Assembly: GCF_009914755.1 (NCBI RefSeq)
Contig: NC_060931.1
Reading direction: 5' to 3' (one strand)
Length of the DNA stretch: 64,000 nt
DNA from: the human T2T-CHM13v2.0 reference genome, Homo sapiens
The notes beneath the pieces are model-generated. The model worked only from the letters and a program-made list of their open reading frames with translations, was not told the origin of the DNA and searched no databases. This document shows, one piece after another, positions 13,415 to 23,900 of the stretch. The number at the start of each line of letters is the position of its first letter. Position 1 is the first letter of the stretch. The translations under genes were made by a program, and so were the position numbers.

Positions 13415-15239
13415 GTTAGAGTTGAAACATATTCCTGTTTTGGAACTGTTCAGTTTGCAATCCCAATTAAACATCTAGTTAGAGTTGTTGAGTAGGCAGC
13501 TAGATACACAAGTCTGGAGATTAGGTGAGAGTCAACAGTGGAGTTATGAGTGAGCAGGTTATCATGGCATGTATGGTGTTTTTAAATCTTCAGTCTTGCC
13601 CTGTCCACTCATCTGTCTGTTGGAAAAGCGCTGAATTCCACTATGCATAAGTATGTGTGGAAGAGAACTGTTTTGGGCCTTGATCTATCTCAGTTCTGTT
13701 TTGGCTTCCCTCAAAAAATGTTCCTCATGTCATCTGGTCTTTTAAGTGAGGCCCACTTCCATTCAAAACTCACCAACGTTGACAAATTTCTCATCATAGG
13801 CTTTGCTATCAGAATCTGTCCATTCTGAATTAACTGATGTGTCACTGAGGTCAAGCAAATTATTCCCTGGGTTCTCCTTGTCCCAACTATCAGATTCTTT
13901 TGTATCTAATGGTCCACTCTTAGCTTTTGTGGGTCCTCCTAGAAGATGTGACTGATCTTCCAAGCATGTATGAGCCTGGGGGAGACTTAGAGCCAGCGGC
14001 AGATAATCATGCTGACCTAAGATCAGTATTGGTCCCAGCCAGCTCTGATAGACGAAACTTCAGAGTCTGGTAGTAAACGCCAAACACCAGTCTATTCTAT
14101 TCTGTGCTTCCCATTGCAAATAAGAGTTCCTTTTTATTATTATTCCCAAGAGATGAGGCTGGAAAATTAAACAGAGCACCATCCCCTAAAGTTACAGTGT
14201 CAAATCTACCCTCTTGATTTATCTTTGAGTGCTTATGGTCTTTTTAATTCATGGTCTGGATGAAAAAAATAAACTTTTCTGCAAGATTGTATACCTCATA
14301 AACCCTTTATCTCTTGTAGCTAGAGAGCACTTTTAGAATTCTAAAACTAAGAATTTATCATTTATTTCTCTTTTTTTCCCTAACAATTTCCCCTAGGTAG
14401 CTAGAATTAGGATGGTCATTGAAGAAAAAGAATACCAGTTACTATTGCAAATTATTATTCAAACACTCTTATTTCTTAAAAACAATCTGCCAGAAGAGCA
14501 CACTTTTCAGAAACACAAATATGTCAGTATTCTGGGTCCTTATATGTCTGGCTGTATTTCCCAGGGCCACTAATACATGAAGAAAAAGATTTCTATCACT
14601 TGGACTTCAAGTCTTCAGGTCACCTCTTCAAAACCCAGACATTCAGGGAGCCAAGTGTCCCAGAACAGCTCTAAATTCCCCCAAGGAAGAGGACTAAACG
14701 TATTCACTAAAATGGAAAGATCTTGATGAGCGAACAATTAATTTTGTTAAGCATTTTCAAACCCTTAAGAATATAAAGTTCCCATTTGATTGAATAACAA
14801 CGAGTGCTCCAGATAAAAAGCCTTCCTACATGGAGCTTCTCTGAGTCTGCTCTTAGCTGTCTCTCACACACTGACTTCCTGATGAAGTTTCTCCTAGTGT
14901 CCATCTTTAGTACTGACGTCATAGGGCTGACCCAGTCCAAGATTCCTCTTCCCAGTCAGTCCTGCTTATTGTTAAGCATTTTTATCTTCCTAACGATGTA
15001 AAGCCCTTTATGACTCGGCCCAGACTTCCTGCTCCCCATTGGTTAATGTGGGAATCAAAACTGTGTGTAAATTCTCTGCTCATCTCATGCTGCGTCACTA
15101 CTTCATGATTACGTGTACTCTGCCCCTAACCTTGCACAGACTTCTCCACTTTCTTTACTTGGCTGACTCCTATATCCTTTATGACAGAGTACAGGTATCA
15201 TTTTTTCCCTAAATCCTACTGTGGCATATTGCATTAAAA

Positions 15240-15951
15240 TGTAAGTTTTCCAGTTTTCTTACCCGTAATGTTTCTCACTGAGGGAACTATATACACTCCC
15301 AACTGATTAAACTGAGGAGCGACCATGTGCCCAGAGTTAGCCAAACTGTGAAGTTTTAAGGCACAGTCTCCCAAAGCTTCCCTCATTTTCAGCACAAACT
15401 GCAAGTTTGGGGAGGTTTTCAAAGCCATCCTCAGGTTTGATAATTCATTAGAAGAGTCACAGAATTCGGCAAATGCTATTGTACTCACATATGTGGCTTA
15501 TTACAGAGAAAGAACGCAGATAAAAATCAGTCAAAGGAAGAGACTCATGGAGCAGAGTCTGGAGGATTCCAAACAGAAGGCTTCTGTTGTCTGAGGGACC
15601 CGTTACTCGCTTAGTATCAATATGTTTTGAATATTGCTAACAAGGGAAGCTCACTCAAGCTTTGATGTCCAGAGTTTTTATGGAGGCTTCATTACATAGG
15701 CATGGCTGGTTGATTTATTGGTCGTCCAAGCAGTTGTACTTAGTTTGCAAGTCAACTGATACCGCATAACCCAAAGTAAACTGCATAGTCCGTAACTCTA
15801 AATCCCATGACTGGTCTTTCTGGCATGGCCATGTCTCATCCTAAGACTGTCAGGTGTAGTTAGTTTTCACACTAAACCAAGACATACCAAACTGAAGCTG
15901 AGAGCAAAGGCCAGATCTCTCTTTAAGCAGGACCACATTCTTTACTGTATA
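15240..15951. mobile_element. MER21C-like LTR
   Basis: cctcaggtttgataattcattagaagagtcacagaattc...ttattacagagaaagaacgcagataaaaatcagtcaaaggaagagac matches the recalled MER21C core; ends approximate. Confidence 0.7.
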
Positions 15952-16230
15952 CTATGTGACTAGCTTTTTGACCAATGCCATGAAAGCTGAAATGATGTGT
16001 GTCATTTAAAGAGCCATTGTGAGGCTTGCCATGTCTTTTTTCCTTCTGCCATATGTTCCAGATAGGACCTGTTCTATCAGCCGGGATCTCTAATTATGAC
16101 AAGCAAAACCTCCTTGTTTACCTATTATAGACATATATCACAAGGGAGAAAAAAACCTTTGTTTATGTAAACCACTGGAGTTTAGGGTTCCTTGTCATCG
16201 CACATAACCCAGCTAATCCTAACTGACGGA
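15952..16230 (+). mobile_element. MLT1I/J-like LTR 3' part
   Basis: atgtgactagctttttgaccaatg...aaacctttgtttatgtaaaccactggag...cataacccagctaatcctaactga. Confidence 0.65.
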
Positions 16231-16299
16231 CCTACTAAAATTCCCCATATTTGATTCGATTCCCTTTTTGTGTGCTCTCATAGCATTGTGTGCCTCATG

Positions 16300-16630
16300 A
16301 CTAGGTGTGGACCAATACATGCTGCCACAAGTTGTTGAATTGGTCATAAAACATGTCCTAGTCTACCTATATAGTGTTTTATAAAGTGCTTTTATTAGTT
16401 GCTAACATTTTAAAGTTGAAAGCTTTCATATAAAAAAATCCAAATTTCCAGCTTATAATAAAAATAATCTCAGAAATTTTGTCAAATGCCCAAGTATCTG
16501 CAAAGTAACAATTGGCTAAACTAAATCAGCTCACCTTCTTTGACAGTAAATCTGGTCACAGCCCCTACCAGGCCAGGTTAACTCCTTATTTCCTGACTAG
16601 TCCCTAAAGGCATCTGAATTTACAACCTCT
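16300..16630. mobile_element. MER102-like hAT-Charlie fragment
   Basis: aaaatccaaatttccagctt...caattggctaaactaaatcagc...ggcatctgaatttacaacctct. Confidence 0.5.
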
Positions 16631-16873
16631 TTAAATCTGTTCAACAATTATTGGTGAAAGAGGGGTATAAGTAGAAGAAAGAGGAGAGAAGAGCAGGAAA
16701 TTGAATTTCTATTAATAATAATATTCTGTTGAAAACAATTTATTACATAAACAGAATAGAACATAATCTAACTTATTTGAAATTTGTGGATAAGATTAGT
16801 TGCTCTAAATCACCAAGAGTAAAGAGAACATTCATTGGTCTAATATCAAAATCTCATTCAAAGTATATTAAAA

Positions 16874-17350
16874 TATGTTTATTGCAGCACAATTTACAAT
16901 AGCAAAGACTTGGAAACAACCCAAATGCCCATCTGATAGACTGGATAAGGGAAACGTGGCACATATGCACCATGGAATACTATGTAGCCATAAAAAAGAA
17001 TGAGTTCATGTCCTTTGCAGGTACATGGATGAAGCTAGAAACCATCATTCTCAGCAAACTAACACAGAAACAGAAAAACACGTGTTCTCACTCATAAGTG
17101 GGAGTTGAACAATGAGAACACATGGACACAGGTAGGGGAACATCATACACCAAGGCCTATCGGGGGTGAGGGGCTAGGGGAGGGATAGCATTAGGACAAA
17201 TACCTAATGCATGCGGGGCTTAAAACCCTAGATGATGGGCTGATAAGTGCAGCAAACCACCATAGCACATGTATACCTGTACAACAAACCTGCACAATTT
17301 GCACATGTATCCCAGAACTTAAAGTAAAATTATATATATATATATATATA
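16874..17350 (+). mobile_element. 5'-truncated L1PA (about PA8-PA10) 3' end with a (TA)n-converted tail
   Basis: ORF2 C-terminus and 3'UTR: ccatggaatactatgtagccataaaaaagaatgag...ggggagggatagcattagg...gtatcccagaacttaaagtaaaat, followed by (TA)n. Confidence 0.92.
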
Positions 17351-19359
17351 TTTAAAATAACTTTTCACCTTAGCTTTATGTTTGCAAAATGATTTCTACT
17401 TTTTAATAATTCTTCTTTTCTCTTTGATTTTATTTTATTTTTCTGAACCTGTCTATAACTTTGGGAGAGATGGATTCAATTGATTACTTAAATTGTTCAT
17501 TTAATTAATTGATCCCTGGTGGTAAACAGCACTAGGTTATTCATCTTTGGGCTTCAGAATCCTGCCACGAACTGATGACTTTAGGTGAGTACTAGCTGCG
17601 TCGTCTGGATTGATAGCTGGCTGTGGTTTGCCATGCAATGTACATGAGTTTATCACTGCAGAGTTAAGCTGGAGCTGAAAGGGAGTGTCTTTACATTTCT
17701 ACTCAAGGTCTTTGTTTGCTTTGGTGTCAGCAAAGTCAAGTTACATGTTGATATTTATGTAATGAGTCACACATGAAAATATGAATCAAATGGTGTTTAC
17801 TTCAATTCAATCCACTAATATTTGGCACTGGCACCGTGAAAAGTGTTTCTGATGGACTATCTCCCAAATCCCACTTATCACAGCACTTAACTGACTGCAG
17901 AGACATTGCTTGTAAAAATGTTGCCTAAACTGATAAGCTGTTCAGTAGCAGCGACTGCTTCTCATATACACTTGTACTCTACTTTCCCAAACATGTTTGT
18001 TTTATATATTCCAAAGTTGGCTATGTTTTCATCTTCTTTTCTAATGATTTATCCTTACGTACATAGAGTTCTTACTTGCTAAGTACTGTCAATTAGCCCC
18101 AGTTCAAAGTGGAGTTAAAGATGCCTTCATTTTATGTTTTGAAAAAGAATTTCTGGCTCTTTCAGAATTACACATTGTTGTTTATTGCACAGTACTAATA
18201 GTAAATTGTTTGTTCTTAAAAAAAAAAACCTTATTTTTATAGGAAAGTCTTCTTTTCTCAGAATTAAATAAAAATATTTGCTTTTAATGAGACTTGTTTT
18301 AAAAAATAGAGACATCATTCCATTCAGATGATTCTTAATTTGTGTATTCAAAATGTGTCCAGTTTTTCCAGTAGTGCATTTCATGAGACAGAAAAGTTAA
18401 GAATGCATATGTGTGAAACCAAATACATTTTTGACTCATTATACATTTTGTGAAACAACTGGGAAATGAGATGTTGATTGATGCCCAGTCACTGTGGTTG
18501 TGTGTCTATTGCCAATGAAAATGTAGCTGAAATACACAAATATTTTTAAATGTGCTCTATGGGTGTGTCCTCTTTGCCAGAAAATACGCTGCACAATTGT
18601 TATGTAAACACTTGTGCTATTCCCACTGCAAAAACATTTTGCAGATGTTTCCCTGTGAAAACATTCTAAAACATATACTTGGCTGTCTTTGTTTACCTTA
18701 ACTTGTTTTCAATAACTGTTTCTTTTTGACTGCAGCTTATTATAGTTTCTTGTGGTTGAACAAATGAAGGATGAGAAACAAGTTTAATGATTTAGAAATA
18801 ATCTAGCTTATGTTATTGTATTACAGTGCTCTCTAACAATTTTCTCTAATTTTTATCACAGAAAAACAACAGTAATTCAAAAGAAACAAATACACAAAAA
18901 GAAAGGGTCGGGGGGGGCGCTGTAATTCTAAAATCTGTGTGACTATTTTTGCCATGTCCACATAGGATCGGTGTCTCCAGATGTCCTTAAGACTGTCTCA
19001 TGAACTCCATTCTTCTTCAATCCAGCAAGAACCCTCACCTCTCGTTCCTTGTGATGCAGTTTGGCAGTTGAGAATGAGGTCATGGTAGAGGAGAAAGCAT
19101 TCCGTCCCACGAGAAATTTAGAGTTGGTGATCTCTAATCTCTACAAATTTCCAGTGAGTTTATGCCATTTTTATCTACATATCTAGAATCTAGATTAGAA
19201 ATGAGGCACTATCAAAACTTGGGAAAATGAGACAAAAATGATGCAGATGGATTTTTAAAACATATTTTAAAAACATCTATCATTATACACAAAGGAAAAG
19301 AAAGTTGAAGGCATTTATATGTCACTTAAATGATAAGAACTCACATACAAAAAAAACCT

Positions 19360-19980
19360 TTAAGGTTGTGGTTAAGAATGCCATTTTACATAAGGTAGTC
19401 TTGGACAAAGACCCAATTCAGCTGCTTACATCTTGAGTAAACTTGGACGTTTTAGTTAATCTGTCAAAACATCCTTATAATACTAAAAATATTAATAGTT
19501 AACTATTGAGAGCTTACCATGTATCAGACACTAATGATCTGCACATGCTATATTATTAAATTCTCACACAAATTCTATGAAGCAAATCCTATATTATTAG
19601 CCCCATTTTACAGATAATGAAACAGGCACAAAGGGGTTAATAATTTATTTTTATTAAATATTTGGCAACCACTCATGTAGTGCTTGCTATGTGTTGGACC
19701 CTTTTCTAGGCACTTTACAAATATTAATTCAAAACACATCAATTAGGTTGGAACTACTATGTTAATACTTATTTTATAGATAAGGAAACTGAGATGCAAA
19801 CAGATGAAATAACTTGCCGAAAATCACAGTCAGTAAGTACTGAAGTGGGGATTTGAACCTACACAGTATGATCCAGTCTGCACACAAAAATCACTGCCTC
19901 TTGGGGTTACTGTGAGGATTGAATGATACTGCGTTGGCACGTGATAAGCATAATAAAATGTTAACTATTATTATTATTAC
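19360..19980. mobile_element. Cluster of MIR fragments in both orientations
   Basis: MIR core motifs ccccattttacagataatgaaacaggcaca (~19600) and ttttatagataaggaaactgagatgcaaacagatgaaataacttgcc (~19775), plus a MIR tail gttactgtgaggattgaatga...aaaatgttaactattatt. Confidence 0.75.
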
Positions 19981-20129
19981 CAGTTTATTCTAAAGAGTAC
20001 GGAAACTGTCACCTAAGATGTTGACAAATCAGAAACACTAATGATACTGAGGAGATGAACAGCAGGCAAGTTTTAAAACCCTGTCCTTTCACTGGGAAAT
20101 TTGAAAACTAGCAGGAAAGCTAGTGGACT

Positions 20130-20370
20130 GGAATAGAATGAGCAAGACAGGGAATAGAAAATGAGGTCAGACAGTTATCCAATCACATAGAGCCTTGTAG
20201 AGCATTATAAAGACTGACTTTTGTTCTGAGTGAGATGAAAAGCCATTGGTGAGTTTTGAGCAAAGTCATAAAATGATCTGACTTAAACGTTTTAACAGGA
20301 TTACTCTGGCTGCTGTGTTGAGAAAAGAACTGCAGGGGAGCAAGGGCAGAAGTATACGGTACTATTATTT
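20130..20370 (-). mobile_element. L2 fragment
   Basis: agccattggtgagttttgagcaaag...atgatctgacttaaacgttttaacaggattactctggctgctgtgttgagaa. Confidence 0.75.
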
Positions 20371-20704
20371 CATGAGGCAGAGAGGTTATGTAAATTGCCC
20401 AGGGTCTGTCAAAGAGCCAGTAGGCATCAAACAGGGTTTCCAACTCAAGCCTGCATGAGTTAACCATACATGATGCTGAATGAGAGAATGATGATGAAGG
20501 CTTTTAAGTCTTCGTGTTGGATCCAGACACAAAGTGTGATGTGTGATATTTTTCTGAGAATCTGGCTAGAAAAAAAGTATCTTATACAGTTAAACAAAAT
20601 TTTGGTTTCCTTAACAAGATTCCTAATTATCTGAAAAATGTCTATGATAGATAATACTAATTCTGATCCAATATCTATTTGCAGTCAGGTAATAATGAGC
20701 AAAG

Positions 20705-20706
<2 letters not shown>

Positions 20707-20757
<51 letters not shown>

Positions 20758-20936
20758 GTCTCTCAATCTCTCTCTCTCTCAAAATGGGGTCTTGCTATAT
20801 TGCCCAGACTGGGGTGCAGTGGCTATTCACAGGTGTGATCATTGCACACTATACCCCCAAACTCCTGTGCTCAAGTAATTCTCCTGCATCAGCCTCTCAA
20901 GTAGCTGGGACTATAGGTACATGTTCCCTGCCTGGC
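20707..20936 (-). mobile_element. FAM (fossil Alu monomer) with its tail expanded to (CT)n
   Basis: Carries the FAM-diagnostic gtggctattcacaggtgtgatcattgcacacta; single monomer 20781-20936; (CT)n at 20707-20780 occupies the tail position. Confidence 0.85.
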
Positions 20937-21402
20937 ATATCTTTCTTTAATAAGTGTTTTTCACCAGGTAATATTTTGTATAACTATAAAAATTGGCACC
21001 ATATTTTATATTATGGTAAGTCTAATTTGCTGTAAAAGTTATTTCTTTTATGACTGTCTGGTAGTATTAGAGTATAAGAACAACTAAGCCAGAAACCTAC
21101 CTAATGTCTGCCATAGCAAGGCAGAAACCACCTATCACCTAACTCAATGTCTGCTTAATATTTATTAACTGGAATAATTAATAATGACATTAAAAATTAA
21201 AAGCAAAATTATTTTAAGGTATAGTCAAAGTTCCTAAGAATCAACATTGACTTTATGCTCACTGACTATGTAAAGGGAAGACATGTCCTTATTTGGGGAT
21301 AATTTCAGGGATTTCTACCAATAAATTCATAGAGGAGACTGAAGGCCTGGAGCAGCATTCAGATTCCTAGAAGCACTGAGAAAAATCATACAGACTACAT
21401 TT

Positions 21403-21800
21403 TCAAGGTAATTAATTAGCTGTTGTAGAAAAACAACTCCTAAATTTTAGTGGCTTGAACCCTAATAGGTCAATTTCTCTCTCACCTCATCATCTCATCT
21501 GGGCTGAGTGGCTTTCATGGACAGCTGTCTTCCCAGCAGTGACTAGGTCACCTCATCCAAGCTCCTTCCACCGTGTGGCTCCGCCATTTCCTGGGGTCAT
21601 TACGAAGTCCTTGTTTGGATTATCTGCGTAATAATGAGTGAAGAGAGGAAAATGTGAACATTCTTGTGGGACCATTTTCGGGCCAAGTTTGGAAAAGCCA
21701 TATTCCATAAAATTATTTCACCAAACTCAGTCACATGGACAGCCCAATTGCAGGGGAGCTGGGACAGACAGAGGCTAGAGTGCTAGCAGTCTCTGCCACA
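21403..21800 (-). mobile_element. MLT1K-like LTR
   Basis: aacaactcctaaattttagtggcttgaac...gctccttccaccgtgtggctccgccat...tcagtcacatggac...gcagtctctgccaca. Confidence 0.7.
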
Positions 21801-22130
21801 AGAAGCCAAATCCCTAGGTTTTCAGCCAAAAACAGAGTTTTCTTTCAGTGCTAGTGATCAGAAAATACGTACTTACTGGTAAAGCTGGCCAGTTGCTAAA
21901 ACATTAAAATACTTCCATACTGCATACATTGGTGATTGGATAGCTTTTCTTATACAAATTGAAATACTTGTATACTTCAATAAACTTTACATCAACATTA
22001 AAGGCAAATATAAACGAACAATGTGAGAGAAAATTGGTAATAGGAAAAACAGTAATGGGACACAGATTGGTCACAGATGAGAGATTGTAAAAATTGTATG
22101 TAAAGTTTTACTTGGGTATTTACTTAAACT

Positions 22131-22294
22131 TTTTGTTTTTTTGTTTTTTTTTTTTGGAGACGGAGTCTCGCCCTGTCACCCAGGCTGGAGGGTAATCTTG
22201 GCTAACTGCAACCTCCGCCTCCAGGGATCATGATAAAGTTTCACCATGTTGGCCAAGCTGGTCTCAACCTCCTGGTGTCAAGTGATCTGCCTGC
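22131..22294 (-). mobile_element. 5'-truncated Alu (S-type) with two internal deletions
   Basis: T-tail, gagacggagtctcgccctgtcacccaggctggag, then a jump to gtttcaccatgttggccaagctggtctc; imperfect TSD acttaaact (22122-22130) / actcaaact (22295-22303). Confidence 0.85.
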
Positions 22295-22349
22295 ACTCAA
22301 ACTGTTTATTTGAAGGGTCTATTTAACGTGCCAGGTCCAGTTCAAAATG

Positions 22350-23900
22350 ATTCTCTCTTAGGTCTTCTTTAGTACTTCCCTCATAACAGACAATATTAAT
22401 TGCTCTCTTATCTGTGTTTCTATGGCATTTTATACTTGTCTAATGAATATAAGCTTGTATAAATGGCATTTTAAACTATTGCAGACCTTATCTCATTACA
22501 CTGCTCCTATTTGTGTGTTGAACTCCTGAGGATCTGATAAGTATTTTAGCTCAGGGTACATACTTAATAGATCTTTAAAACATGCAAATCTGATAGGCTA
22601 TTTTCTCTTTATTGGATTCCCATGTTCTTAAGACAAAGCTCAATTACTTTAAAAGGTGGACAAGACATTTCATGAACTGGTCTATACTTATCTCTCTACC
22701 TTTCTTCATTCATACTCTATGATTCACCCATAATAAACTTATTTCAAATCCTCAAAAGACTCAAACTGTGTATCTCCTTTTGCAACTGAGTTTCACTCTG
22801 CCTGAAATTCTCCTACTCGGTTTTTAGCTGAGACATATATTTATCTGAGAAGTCTTCTGTGAGTGTTCTACACTTGGACACATCCCATCTGTCTTCTTCC
22901 ATATCAACCAGTACTTTAAAGCAATACATATTATTGTTTAATATAAATACTCATTTAATTGGCTATTTTTCAATAGACTAGATTCTTCATAAGGGAGATA
23001 TCATTTCTACTGAAAACAACATCTCTCAATACCCACACCAGTACCTGGCACACAGTAGTAGCTAAACAAACATTTGTTGAACAAATGAATTTAAAATGTT
23101 CATTGGAGTTAATTAGAATTTGTTGTCAACATTTATTGAGAACCAACTATGAGATACATACAGTCTTTCTAACTCTAGAACTTATCCTATTTTTTCCTGA
23201 AAACTGCTACTTTCCACTAATTATAAGGACAGCATATCAAAACCCATCTTAATAGTTCTTCCCCGTAAAGCTTCCATCACCACCAAAAAATACCATCCTC
23301 AACACGCCACACACATACACGTACCACCACTCCAACCTGCTTTTCATCCTTATTCCCCTACTTCATCACTTTCTCACTAAATCGGGCTTTAAAATCCCAT
23401 CAATGTTTTTTTAACAGTTCTCTCAGATCTCATTAGCTACTAAGCCCAATAGATTTGACCCATGAAAGATATCTTGAATTCATCCTTTTCTTCCCAGTCC
23501 TACTGCTACTCTCATAGTTCAGGTTCTCATTACTTGTCACCTGATCTAATTCAATAGCCTCCCAGGGTGTCTCTTCACTTTTATTCTCTCTCTCTTCCAA
23601 TCTGCTTTACACATTGCAGCCAGAGTAATTGACCCAAAGGTCAGTTCACTCCCCTACTCAAAAACCTTCAGTGACTCCCCATTTTTAACCAAAAAGAGCA
23701 GCAAATCCTCAGCCTGGTATTCAAAAGCCTATATAATCTGTCCTCAATTTATTTTATATTTTCCAGTCTTATTTTACAGTACTCCCCATCACTGGAGCCA
23801 AACTGGTTTTGTTTTCATTCCCAGAACTTGCCTTGCACTTTCTTACTTTTATGCTTTGCTCATGTTCTTTCTAAGTCTGACCTCTCTTCCTTCCTACAAT
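22350..23900 (+). mobile_element. Several old L2 fragments
   Basis: L2 tail cagtacctggcacacagtagtagctaaacaaacatttgttgaacaaatgaat (~23040-23090) and body motifs aatagcctcccagg...cacattgcagccagagtaatt...aaaaccttcagtgactcccc (23550-23690). Confidence 0.7.

Larger units (their letters stand above)
11455..13590 (-). mobile_element. L2 fragment hosting nested MER21, MER1A and MER45 insertions
   Basis: Inverted L2 tail cattcaacaaatatttattgag at ~11460; L2 motifs resume at 12560-12950 (agccattggaagattttgag) and 13415-13590 (gttgagtaggcagctagatacacaagtctgg). Confidence 0.75.
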
